NCBI RefSeq assembly: GCF_006345805.1
Contig: NC_042997.1
Coordinates: 100,564,001 to 100,628,000, forward strand
Direction of reading: 5' to 3'
DNA from: Octopus sinensis
Lineage: Eukaryota
Length of the DNA stretch: 64,000 nt
Under the pieces are notes generated by a model. That model saw only the letters and a list, made by a program, of their open reading frames with translations, was not told the origin of the DNA and made no database searches. The position numbers and the translations under genes were made by a program. Numbering within the stretch: position 1 is the stretch's first letter; the number at the start of each line of letters is the position of its first letter. This document shows, in pieces, positions 1-11,428 of this stretch.

Positions 1-619
1 GCTAGCATTCTTGTATTATTACGAGTATTTTAGCTATGAAGTGTTTTTATGTTTGTCATTTTTTTAAGTGTAAACTTCAGACTTTTATTGTAAAGAAAAC
101 TACATTCCAGAAAGAGCAAATTATTTTATTACCCTCGACATATCTGCAGATTCTTTCAAAACTTGTGAAAATAAATTCTTTTAATTAGTTGGGTTTTTTT
201 TGTTAAAATTAGCAACAGCCTTTGAAGATTGAAGGTTTTCTTTTTGTTTTGTTAAGTACACAACATTATATTTATTTTTAAAGAATTTGTGTGGATTAGC
301 AGTAAGTATTTGACTGATTCTCTGCTGCTGCTAATGATAATGTATGTTCTGAGTCTAATTTTATGGTTAAACTATTTGACTAAAAAAAAAAAAAATGCTT
401 GGGAAGCTGTCAAAAACATTTATTTCAGTTAATGAAATAATTAAGCACCAGAAATGCTTCATCCTATTCAGAAAGTGCAAGAGTTACTAAGAGATATTGT
501 AAGCTCTTCTTCTGATAATTAAACCATCACAATGTCAGAAGCTTTTTTGTATCAGTCATAAGCATCTCATTCCTTAGCCTGTATGCTTTCTCTGAATTAG
601 TGTTTGCTTGTAGAAGGGT

Positions 620-1005
620 TCCATCAGCAGTCTCTTGTCAACCATAGCCACTTCGAGCTGGTTTCAGCTGCCATACTGATCTCCTTCATGGTCATTTTTA
701 GTTGAGCTCCAAACCTATCTTTTGCAGGAAATAGTAAACCATGTTGTTGGAAAGCAGCAGTAGCTGACTTCAATAAGGAATGAGGCTGTGCATCATCAAA
801 TTCCTGATATTTGGCTTTCTTCAGTTGGTGAGAAATATCAAGTGTCATCCCAGGGCACTGCTAGATCAGCTATGATGATTGTATTTGCTTTCTTGGAAAG
901 CAAGAACATGTCTGGCCAGAGCAATGTTACTGCCACCTTCTCTGGAAGACCAGCCTACTCTTCAGATCTATTTGCACCTCCTAGTCTGGAGCTTGATACA
1001 AAATA
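620..1005 (-). mobile_element. 3' remnant of an RLE-type (HERO-like) non-LTR retrotransposon, frameshifted
   Basis: Minus strand translates across a frameshift to LLWPDMFLLSKKANTIIIADLAVPWDDT...KKAKYQE...ISMAAETSSKWLWLTR. This matches the restriction-like endonuclease pattern (RPD..L.S...ELTVPWE...K..KY) and the HERO-type tail AE.SS.WLW. Confidence 0.6.
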
Positions 1006-1139
1006 GTGTATTAAGTCTTTTGAAAAACAATCATAACGATCTACTATAGAATATTACAAGTTTAATTTTTAAGCATTTACAGTTAGCTACCCTTTCTATT
1101 ACTATCAAACAAGCAGAGAACCTAAAGTATAAAATAAAT

Positions 1140-2000
1140 AATAATAAAACATTGTGTACAGTGTTCAGGTGCACTACAACTCATCTAAAGTGTATGTATA
1201 GTACATAGGGTAATGTACAAGCGTCAGGAAAAGAACAGTGCATGAGTCATGACATACACATATGTGCATGAGTATGGAAGGGGGACAATCAGGTGTAGTT
1301 TCGGCGGATTTCGGAAAGCATGAGGGCCTTAAAGGATGCAGTGTCATGGCAGTCAACAACTGATGCAGGCAGTTTGTTCCATGCTTCAGCAACTCTGAGC
1401 GTGAAAAAATGTTTCCGAAAGTCATGGGAGCTGTGCTGTTTTCTGACTTTGTAGGCATGTCCACGTGTGTTGGACACATGGAGATCAAAAAGGTGTTCAG
1501 TGTTGTTGTTGGTGAGGTGGTTGATAACTTTGTGGGTGTTTACCAAGTCCATTGCCAGACGCCGGAGCTTCAGTGAATCCATGCCCAGGGAAACAAGGCG
1601 CTTAGAGTATGGTAGGTGTCTGATGGAGGGTATGCGTTTGGTTGCACGTCTGAACAGATTCCAGGAGATCAATGTTCTGAGCAAGATTGGGGTTCCAAAC
1701 TGATGATGCGAATTCCAAGTGTGGTCGTACCATAGCTGTATACAGCTTTAAATAGATGGCTGGAGAGCGGCTAACAAAAGTCTTGCTGAGTGATGCCAAG
1801 ACACCCTCAGCCTTCTTGACAATTTTAGAGATATGCTTTGTCCAACGCAAATCACTGCCGACAGTGATGCCTAGGTCACGCTCGCAAGAGGATTTCTTGA
1901 TATCAGTGTTGTGGAGGGAGTATGTGGACGCAGGGTTTTTTCTTCCAAAATGCATGGTGGTACACTTGTCCACAGCCAGTTTGTGATCCATTGCTGCATT
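1140..2000 (-). mobile_element. 5'-truncated CR1-clade LINE (ORF2 C-terminus, 3' UTR and (ATT)n-like tail)
   Basis: ORFs 1602-2048 and 1289-1684 join across one frameshift: KCTTMHFG...ERDLGI...LYTAMVRPHLEFASSVWNP...LESVQ/RRATKRIP...RLVSLGMDSLKLRR...NTRGH...FFTLRVAEAWNKLP. This is the typical CR1 RT-thumb/C-terminus. Confidence 0.88.
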
Positions 2001-2141
2001 GATATATAGTTCTCTAATGCTCACTATATTCCTTCCTCCCACCACCATAGTTGTATATGTATGCTTTTCATAGTTTGTGTATTAAGTAGATAAGAGAAAC
2101 TGGATATGCTACTCAGACTAATGAACGATAAGTTTCTTTAA

Positions 2142-2349
2142 TCCTTTCGTTACCAACCCAACCAAAATCGGCTCTGGCTCTGTAGTACAAATGTCTTGTT
2201 TTCATTAAAATATACCACCAAACCTTAGTCGCAATTTATGTTCCTAACACTAGCTTAATGATAACTAAGTTATTTTACTAAATTCTGTTATATTTAAAAT
2301 AATTGAAAGAAACACAGAGCATCTCAAAATAAATACAGTAACGAAAGGG
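2142..2349. mobile_element. piggyBac-type MITE (CCCTTTCGTTAC TIR family)
   Basis: TTAA on both sides (2138-2141, 2350-2353) and inverted ends (t/c)CCTTTCGTTAC / GTAACGAAAGGG. Confidence 0.85.
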
Positions 2350-2705
2350 TTAAGCTGTATGTGTACACAATCAAATATACTAAAAGGTACAGTATTACCT
2401 ATTGCTTTTCAACTACTGATCATGAAATCTCTCATAATTTTGAGGTTGAAATAATACAAAAGTTGTCAAGGTCAATAATACCAAAAAAAAAAAAAATACA
2501 TACATAAATACTTAGAAAATAATATTAATCTATACTCAACAAAAAAGTCATAAACTCACTTAACTGAACATTTCTGATCATCATGAATAGACAACAGCTA
2601 TATTTTCAGAAGAGAAAATATAGCTGTCATCTAAAAAGCACATGCAACTTGTATGCATTTTGGATACCCATTAGCTACTGCAAGTAATAGTTATCAGTAT
2701 TTTAA

Positions 2706-2911
2706 CCCTTTAGCATTCGGGTTATTCTATCAAATGTAATGATTATTGATTCTCATTGTTTTGAATTAATCATGCATTATCTCATATACTTAAGATTTCA
2801 ATGATGTAGTTTAATGTAGAATAACATTGTAGGGCAGGTGTAAGAACCTAGATCTGGTCAGTTTGAATATAAAACAATTAGAAAATTTTGGCCAGTTTAA
2901 ATGCTAAAGGG
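2706..2911. mobile_element. piggyBac-type MITE (CCCTTTAGCATT TIR family)
   Basis: TTAA TSD on both sides and TIR CCCTTTAGCATT / AATGCTAAAGGG. Related copies lie near 16216, 42860, 52940 and 59818. Confidence 0.85.
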
Positions 2912-5102
2912 TTAACATATATATATTTCACTTGTATATTTATTTTTAGCTTTATTGCCTATAAAACTATTGGTTGCAGTTTCAACCATAGTTTTTTTTC
3001 TTTTCTAGAATACTAATATTTGTTGTCACTTATTACATATCAGAAGTTAATTTCAAGGCATTCAATTAAATTTTGTCCCTATTAACTTAATGTTGATGAA
3101 GGTATGAATCTTGAAACAATTTCCAGTGTCTAGTTTCAGTTGAAATATCCCTCGTTGTATTAATGTATTTGAGAAAAGCCTCAATTTTCTAATTAATTAC
3201 ATCATGCTTTAGACATATACCTATTTCATAACTTGTTTAATACAGCATTAACTAAATATACAAATGACATGTAGATTCATAACTATTCTTTTGGAATAAT
3301 GATAATCTACATGTCAATGACAAATATAGAAAAACCATAGGTGCAGGCATGATTGTGGGATCAAAAAATTTGTTTCCCAGTCTGTGTGGTTATGGGTTCA
3401 TTCCTACTGCGTAACACTTCAAAGCCTTGCAAGTGGATTTGCTAGGCAGAAACTGAAAGAAGACTATTGTATGTGTGTGTTTTATTTGCATATATCTTGC
3501 TCGCATCTAAGTTGTGATGTATGGGTGGTGCTGTCAGTTCTCGTAAAACCACCTGCTCACTTTGTGCCTTTAAAGCTGCATGAAATGAGAGATCTTCTCA
3601 AAAAAAGGGTTAGTGATAGGAAGGGTACCCAGCTGTAAAACAATGCCTCAATAACATATTTGTCAACCCATGCAAGCATGGAAAAACATGTGAAAACAAA
3701 GAGCTAATAGCACTGTCAATTCATATTTTTTTTAAATAAATTTTTGTTACCAAGAGTAGTGATGTGTCAACAGTATTAGAAATGGACCCTAAAGCTTATT
3801 GTATTGTTATAATTATGAACACAGGTGCAAACAAGTTGTACAGCATTTTATTCAAATAGTTCATACAGTACAGTTAGTTATTAAGTTTGCTGTGTCTCAA
3901 ATAACAATATGGTGTGATGAAGAGAAATAATGAAATAGACAGTTTTTAGATATTCTTTGGTGGTTAGAATAGAAAAGCATCTTATTAATTCTAGGACTCA
4001 TCAATCAGAATTTCTTTTTTTTTTTTGAAGAGGACTATTGAATATGACACTGGAATTAACCATAAACAAATGGTCAAAATTATGAAGATGGATTAATATT
4101 TAAATAAGCATTTAAGCCAAGAAATATAGTTCTAGAAAATTACTAACATATTGCAAATCTAAATTAGACACACTTAAAGGTTTATAATTTAACAAAAATA
4201 TATATAACAAAAGGAATTTAGCTTTTCAAAAGCTTTCACAGCAATTTTGTAGTCTTCCAAGAAAACAAAAGAGCTATAACAACAAATGCAACATCTGGTA
4301 AAGACTTTCTTTTCATATAATATTGAAGATGGCAACAAAAGTAAATGAATAAAATCTTTAAACTTTTTTTTTAATGAGATTCTTTATGAAAGTATTTATA
4401 GTTGAAATGACTTGGCCCAGAGAAAGCGAGACCCAGCACCAAAACAGGCCAGATTGGCAGCCAACCAGGATGTTTCATTTAAAATTTATTCAGAGAAAAT
4501 GGAAGACATTAGGAGCCTGGGTTTGCTGTCTTACAATCATCAAGAGGATTTCACCAAGCCAATTGAAGAAAAGGCGGCCTAAATACATTAACAGTTGTCT
4601 GCCTCATAAACAGAACTATAATGGCCACCTTTCTTTAAACTACTAAAAACTACAATATAAACCCACTGAATTCTAGACTTTAGAATAGTAGGTTCTATTA
4701 AATTTTTCTCTTCAATGGCAAATGTATGTGGATACATGTCTATAAGCATACACATAATTTTATCACAAAAAAAATTGTTTCAAAACAAGGAAAAAAGACA
4801 GTTTTTTTCTTGTTTATCTAACTCTTAACTAAATTCTGTTGACAAGGTAAAGTACAGTATTTTCTGTGAATAAGGAAATAATTCCTTTCCAAAGGAGCAG
4901 CAAATATCATACAAGAATAGAAGATACTGAAACTTGTGTTTTCCTCTACCTGCCAACATCAATCCATGAATAAATGAAGATTCAATAAATGTGTTAATTT
5001 ATAAATAATTGATTTAATTTAGTTTAACAAGAAACTCAATGAACAACGATGTTTTTCCACCCCCAATGAAATTTATTTACAAAGTCAACAACTGTTCAAA
5101 AT

Positions 5103-5239
5103 TCAATCATCCTGCTCCATTGGTTTTGCAGCTTCTGTATTCTCTGTTTTGTCAGATGTTTGTTCATTCTCACCATCAGTTTCAAAATCTACTTCACTTA
5201 CATTTCCAGCTGCCTCGGGAGCAGCTTCTTCATCTTCAC
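5103..5239 (-). CDS. ACL4: Acl4-like Rpl4 assembly chaperone, last coding exon (acidic tail, stop TGA at 5103-5105)
   Basis: tatatacag acceptor, phase 1. (G)EDEEAAPEAAGNVSEVDFETDGENEQTSDKTENTEAAKPMEQDD*. AATAAA on the minus strand at 5072-5077. Confidence 0.85.
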
Positions 5240-5707
5240 CTGTATATAAAGCAATACAAACAAATTAGTAAACATGTAATGAAGATTCCTGTGTTGCCTA
5301 ATTATTTTTTGTCAGCTGTGCTACAGGTAGACTTAATTAAGAAAGTGTGAGATCAAAGGGAGAAGAGGAATGATCATTACCCTCCACAACTCTCACACAC
5401 CAGAAGATTGTTAGGGAACTTTATGAAAAAGGTTCAGTCAATTTGAAAAACTGGGAGTTGGTATCCTGCCAGAACATGCATAAAGAGATAGAAAGAAGTC
5501 TTGCAGCGAATGCAGTAGTTGAAGCATACTTAATAAGAAAATATGTAATATGTTGATCAATGATCCATGATAGTATTTCATACAAATTGCAGGGTGATAT
5601 TGAGGGCATGTTCTACTCAGTGGATATAGCAAAGATCAACTTGATCAGTGTAATATAGAATTAATGCCTTTGAACTTATCATTAAAGTAACCAAACACAT
5701 AATTTGG

Positions 5708-5761
5708 ACTCTGAGTAGAAACTGATTTTGTAAAACTCTGAGTAGAAACTGATTTTGTAAA
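5708..5761. repeat. Perfect 27-bp tandem duplication (2 copies)
   Basis: ACTCTGAGTAGAAACTGATTTTGTAAA occurs twice, directly adjacent. Confidence 0.95.
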
Positions 5762-6311
5762 TATAACAAGGAAATGGTAATTCTTATGTTTAGATGTGTT
5801 ACTAATGTTTTTGCATAAAATTGGACATGAGTTGCAGATGTGTTGGATGGATAACCAGTGGTCAGGAATTACGTTCCTTTTTTAATATTTTCAGTTGGTT
5901 TTTAGGCAAGATGCACCCTGATTTCAGCAAGGGGCTTTTAGTGCATTAAAGCTTATGGGAGGTCTAACTTCACATATGATTTTTTATTTTGGAAACACTG
6001 TTTTTGAAAAAGAAGTGTCTTATATGCCATGAAATACAGTAATCAAAATATGTGTTGGGTACACATTCAGTTATAATTACATGAATTATTTTGGGTGATT
6101 TGTAATTTACTTCAAGCACAAGTTAATTCTACCATCAGTTTCTCTTTGAAATACCTTATCCCTCAAATCAGTACAGGGTTAATCAACTCTTTAGCATTTA
6201 AACCAGCCACATCCAGCCTAAATATTCTAGTTGTTTTATGTTCAAACCAGCCACATCTGACTTATCACACCTACCTAACAATGTCATTCTAAGAGTGAAA
6301 ATTTAGCTTAC

Positions 6312-6387
6312 CCGGTCCAACTTTTTCAATCATTTCTTGAATGTGTTTTAGCATTTCAGGATCATCAAATTCAACTTTGTGGTATGT
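6312..6387 (-). CDS. ACL4: Acl4-like gene exon
   Basis: tctag acceptor, gtaagc donor, phase 0 to 1. TYHKVEFDDPEMLKHIQEMIEKVGP(G) resembles the Acl4 C-terminal D..L.HI.ELL motif and is in frame with both neighbours. Confidence 0.88.
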
Positions 6388-6559
6388 CTAGATTTGAAAT
6401 AAAAATGAACAAAGATAAAACCAAAATCTATCACAATTTGAATTGGATGTTAAAAGAAAGCACTTGAGACCGCACTACTTCTATATTTGTCCAGAGTGAC
6501 AAGACCAACAGAAGATAGGGTATGGGGTGGTGGTGGACAGTGATTGGAGGGACTGTGTA

Positions 6560-7720
6560 GAAGAGGACAGAGAAATAGAGATGGAAAAATCAACACATAT
6601 ATAAAGTTTGAAAATGAAATGAAACTTGTAGAAACAAACCCACGTAGGTCAAAAAATACATGCCTAGACAAAGGATTACCTAGTGTTCATTGACCTGGTG
6701 AAATCCTTTGACAGGGTACCATACTCTGTAGTTGATGGTTGCTAAGAAAACTAAGTATTAATGAATGGCTTGTGAGAGTTGAACAAGCTAAAATGAGAAC
6801 TAGTTCAACAAAAAATTAGGCTTGCATGTAGTTTGTTTTACAACTTTCAAATATTTATTATAGTTCCTTAGGCCATAACAGCAGAGTTTAAGACTGGTTG
6901 TTATAGGAAGTTCTGCATGCTCATGACACAGTTCTCAAAGTCAAAGAATAAATAAATTCCAAAAGCAGAGAAGCAAAACCTAAAATTGAGGAGTTATAAA
7001 ATAAACCCAGTAAAAAAATTTAGCAAGAAATTCAGTGAAATCACAAGCTAATAGAGAAGAAGGACTCTGTATATAATAGATGCACAAGAGTAAGGGTACC
7101 CATAAAATAAATTTTTTCAAATGATATAAAGGCTTCCTAAAAGTAGTTGATAGTTTTCATTATCTTGGTGACAACTAGTAATTGAGGAAGATACTCTGAA
7201 AGCACATTAAAGTAAGAATGTGGTGGAGTAAGTTCAAGAAACTATTACCCCTATTGACAACAGAGAGATTCTCTTTTTGAGTGAAGTGTATATAATGCAA
7301 TGCTGTATAGCAACAAAACATGTGTATGGAATGTGGTGTCTGGATGAATGCCGGAAAGAAATGAGTTAAGCATGTTCCACTGGATAAGTAACAGGTAATC
7401 TTTGTGTGTATGAATGTCACAGCACAAATGAACTGAGAGAAATCTAGGCAGAAGAAAGACTGGTGTGGAGTCAGATAAAAGAAGTGCTGTATACAAGTAG
7501 TCTTCTTCAGTGTACAAGTGAGAAGACTGCACTTATATGGTTGTGTGATATGTATGAATGAGGACAGCTGCATAAAGAAGTGCTGATTGCTAAATATAGA
7601 TGGAATCTGTAGAAGCAGGAGACCCAAGAAATCATAGGATGAAGTGGAAGAATGACCGATGGATGTCAAGTATCACAGAGATGATGCATCCATCTCAGCA
7701 AAAATTAGGTCCTAAAAGTA
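6560..7720 (+). mobile_element. Degenerate RTE-clade LINE (RT and C-terminal region)
   Basis: Broken frames resemble FIDL.KAFDRV, EWLVR, ELLYADD, WSKFKKLLPLL and RLHLYG.V..MNEDSCIKKC...GRP.K.W. Many stops and indels. Confidence 0.6.
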
Positions 7721-8103
7721 TATTATGTCTATGCCTCTGCACCCAATCTATCTCTGATGTGTCTCTTCCCTACAAAACTGCCCAACACCCAGCTCTCCAC
7801 TATTCCTTTGACTGCAGCATTATTCACTTAGCCTCTCTAATTATATGAGAGTGGAATGGCACTTGTTTCATCCCTGACCTTCTTGTGCTCCCACTCTCCA
7901 ATTCTGGAACAACTTTCTTCATCTCTTGTATTCTCAATATCATCCTTAATCATTTTAATTTCCTCTGAGTGTCCCATTTCACCTTCACTTTTCTCCTGTA
8001 CATGCTTTGACTCTGCCAATGACAGCCCCTTATACTCATATACCTCTATTAATGAATTGTAGGGAAGTTAAAAGGAAAAAGAAATCCATAAGCATTGGTT
8101 TAA

Positions 8104-9179
8104 CCCTTTCGTTACTATATTTCTGACCAAATTACACCCCTTATGTGTTTCAATTAATTTCTAACGTAATCATAAATTTAGTCTGGTTTCATTAAACAAC
8201 TATAACTTTTTTATTTATCGATATATTAATCTGATTTTTGGAAGATAATTTAATGAAATATTCTCAACCAATTCTATACTATAATTTTTGTCACAAAGTG
8301 ACTCTAATTGCAGGTAGATACAGGTAAATTCCACAAAATATAAAATTATTAAAATTTTGTTCAAACATCGCTATAGAAAATGGGTTATTAGCTAATATTC
8401 AATTGGGTATACAACAAAATTTTACGATAGAATTTGTTATTCTGGGTAACTTTCTGATACCCATAATAATATTTATGGCAAAATAGTCTTAATTTCATTT
8501 AAGGTTATGGGAAACCACAAACTATCGTTTCTTTCGCTTTGTTTACATTTAGCGTAACGGTTCGTTTCTGCCGTAATAATTTCAAATAGGCTCATTCGAA
8601 AAAGTAAATAGAAATAGTTTAAGGCTTTACTCTCCTAGGAAAGACTGTGGCTTGGTCCAGTTTCTTCAGAAAAATCACCGAAAGAAACAGTTTTTAAATT
8701 TTCACTCCATTCAGGTGCCAATTCGTTTTCTTTATCGCTATCGGAGATCTCAGATTCACTGTTTTCACTTTCGGAAAATGAAACATCAGATTCATTATCA
8801 AATACCACATGCTTTTTTTTTTCAGCCATAGAGTTAGATTTATGAAGGTCTTCAGTAGAAAATCCTTTGAATTCTGACTCGCTGCTTGATATAATGAAAT
8901 TCGTATCCATTTTTTGTCAGAATTACAAATTTTGAAAACACAATAGGAACAAATTTCGGAAAAAAATCTCCCAAAATTCACGGAATTAAAATTACACTTC
9001 GATTATTGTACAAAACTGTAGTTGAACTGTTTACGAAGTATAATACGTGTTTTCACGAATGTACTGAAGAGATTTGCTCTGATATTCTCATTTAAATATG
9101 AATAGGTAAATTCGGGCGGCTTTGGGCGGTTTGGTCTCATAAACCAAAATTTTTTTCGGGCGGTTTGGTAACGAAAGGG
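8104..9179 (-). mobile_element. Non-autonomous piggyBac deletion derivative retaining the acidic transposase N-terminus
   Basis: TTAA TSDs at 8100-8103 and 9180-9183, TIR CCCTTTCGTTAC. Internal ORF 8635-8910 (...SESEFKGFS...DNESDVSFSESENSESEISDSDKENELAPEWSENLKTVSFGDFSEETGP) resembles the piggyBac/PGBD N-terminus. Subterminal repeats ACCGCCC occur at the 5' end. Confidence 0.85.
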
Positions 9180-9228
9180 TTAACTGTGAAAGTCCAAAAT
9201 GTTGTCAAGTATTCTGTAACAATTATAC

Positions 9229-9393
9229 CTTAAGAGCACTCTGCAAATATTCTCTAGCATTAGTAAGACAATCCTCTGCTTCATCTCCTTTACGTTTTGA
9301 ACTCTCCAATAAAGCAGCATATCCCATCAAGTACCAAACATGTGGATCTTCATCTGTCTCATCTAATAAAGTGAACAAAACTTCATTGGCAGT
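9229..9393 (-). CDS. ACL4: Acl4-like gene exon
   Basis: ttttcag acceptor, gtataa donor, 55 codons. TANEVLFTLLDETDEDPHVWYLMGYAALLESSKRKGDEAEDCLTNAREYLQSALK is a TPR-like segment with the WYL.G motif. Confidence 0.92.
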
Positions 9394-9481
9394 CTGAAAA
9401 TAAAACATTAGAACTAGTTAGACAGTTTCGTAAATTTTATCCACTGACTTAAGATTTGTGTTCATTGCTTATTCATCTAAC

Positions 9482-10250
9482 AAAATTTTGTAAATATTGA
9501 CATGCTCAGAAAGAATGTTATATATAAACCTATCTAGTAGACATACAAATATTGCAAATTTAATTATTTCTTCGTTGACTGAAAAAAGATAGACAGCCTC
9601 AACCCATTTGACACCAAACTGCCTGAGAACACTCATAGTTCATGATATAAACATAAACTTCCTGGTTTACAGTGATCTAAATTAATCTAAATCAAAAACC
9701 TTCCCTCAAAATATCCTGTTAATTTATGTAGCAAATATAAACTTAATGACAAAATAGTTTTATTAATTTCTTCATTATTTTCAAAATTAATTGAAACAAA
9801 AGCACTGTATTTCAACAGAAATATGGGTAATGAAAGGTTTAATCAATTTTTGAACATGATTGAGCTCTCATCACTTTCTAATAAAATTTTGAAAATATGG
9901 TCATGCTCAGAAATAATGTTATATATAAATCTATCTAACAGACATACAACATAATTATTTCTTTGTAGACTGAAATGAGATGAATAGTCTTAACTCAGTT
10001 GATAACAACCTACCTGAGACTACCCTTAGTTCATGATATAAACTTCCTGGTTTACATTGATTTAAATTAAGAACTTTCCCTCAAAATTTCATGTTAATTT
10101 ATGTACCAAACTTCAAGCTCAATAATGGCAAAATTATTTTATTAAATTCTTCAATATTTTCAAAATTAATTGAAACAAAAGCACTGTATTTCAACAAAAA
10201 TTTGGTAATGAAAGGGTTAATTGATTTTCAAACCTGATTGGGCTCTTATC
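9482..10250. repeat. Diverged tandem duplication of a ~399-bp unit containing a piggyBac-type MITE plus flank
   Basis: Units start at 9482 (aaaattttgtaaatattgacatgctcagaaa) and 9881 (aaaattttgaaaatatggtcatgctcagaaa) and stay colinear through ...gtaatgaaagg(g)ttaat...gattg(a/g)gctct. Confidence 0.85.
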
Positions 10251-10444
10251 AGAGATGTCTACATCACTTAACTCATTCCAGAGAAGTAAGTAGATAATTT
10301 GTTTATATGCAATCAGAAGCTTCAGAAAACCTGGAGCTACTAATTTGCATACTGTAAGCATTTAACACTTTATTTCATGGAGATCCCACTCCACACAGTA
10401 TCAAAGTATGACAGAAAATATGTAACCTTCACAATAGATGGGAA

Positions 10445-10783
10445 GGTGCATGGCTCAGTGGTTAGAGCATTGGGCTCACTATCATGAGGTAATGAGTTCA
10501 ATTCTTGGACTGGGTTGTGTGTTGTGTTCTTGAGCAAGACACTTTATTTCACGTTGCTCCAGTTCACTCAGCTATTGAAATGTGTTGCGACATCACTGGT
10601 GCCAAGCTGTATTGGCCTTCGCCTTTCCCTTGGATAACATCGGTGGCATGGAGAGAGAAGGCTAGTGTGCATGGGCGATTGCTGGTCTTCCATAAACAAC
10701 ATTGCCTGGACTTGTGCCTGAGATAGTAACTTTCTAGGTGCAATCCCATGGTCATTCATGACCGAAGGGGGTCCTTACCCTTT
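10445..10783 (+). mobile_element. tRNA-derived SINE, family B (CORE/Meta-like central domain), full length
   Basis: Box A TGGCTCAGTGGTTAG, box B GAGTTCAATTC, central TGTGTTCTTGAGCAAGACACTTTA. Other copies lie at 12637-12932, 46200-46330 and 46800-46930. Confidence 0.8.
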
Positions 10784-10941
10784 TACATAGTATATATACA
10801 AACAGGGCAAATATAATTATTTCTCTGTAGATTGGGGAAAATGATGAACAGCCTTGATCAAATTTTGAACCTTATCAGAGTTTCATCAGGTGCCTACATC
10901 AATGGACCAATCCCAGAGAAACAAGTAGCTAATCTGATGCT

Positions 10942-11308
10942 ATACTCTTTTACTTGTTTCAGTCATTTGACTGCGGCCATGCTGGAGCACCGCCTTTAAT
11001 CGAGCCCAGTACTTATTCTATTGGTCTCTTTTGCCAAACCGCTAAGTAACAGGGACATAAACACACCAGCATCGGTTGTCAAGCAATGCTAGGGGGACAA
11101 ACACAGACACACACACACACACATATATATATATACATATATACGACGGGCTTCTTTCAGTTTCCGTCTACCAAATCTACTCACAAGGCTTTGGTCGGCC
11201 CGAGGCTATAGTAGAAGACACTTGCCCAAGGTGCCACACAGTGGGACTGAACCCGGAACCATGTGGTTGGTAAACAAGCTACTTACCACACAGCCACTCC
11301 TGCGCCTA
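10942..11308 (-). mobile_element. tRNA-derived SINE, family A (abundant octopus-type), full length with an internal (TA/CA)n tract
   Basis: Minus strand reads GGCGCAGGAGTGGCTGTGTGGTAAG...GGTTCAGTCCC...CTTGGGCAAGTGTCTTCTACTATAGC...GCTCCAGCATGGCCGCAGTCAAATGACTGAAACAAGTAAAAGAGTA. Many copies occur in the window. Confidence 0.88.
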
Positions 11309-11356
11309 TATAAGTGAAGTTTTGAAAAATAAAAAAAGTTATGCAACAGTAAATAC

Positions 11357-11428
11357 CTCGTAAAGTTCAAGTTCAATAAGTATTTTTGAAGTAACAATTC
11401 TGGTGTCATAGCTCACTCCTGGCATATT
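11357..11428 (-). CDS. ACL4: Acl4-like gene exon
   Basis: tttccag acceptor, gtattt donor, 24 codons. NMPGVSYDTRIVTSKILIELELYE matches the Acl4 Y..RI...K.LIE.E.YE pattern. Confidence 0.9.

Noticed and set aside
7175-7669. 164-aa minus-strand ORF (and 33006-33434, 23888-24232)
   Set aside because: Antisense or low-complexity frames over LINE remnants, with no protein motifs.
10445-10520. tRNA gene (also the heads at 11240-11308 and 54700-54790)
   Set aside because: A and B boxes are present but there is no cloverleaf. Each continues into a SINE body.
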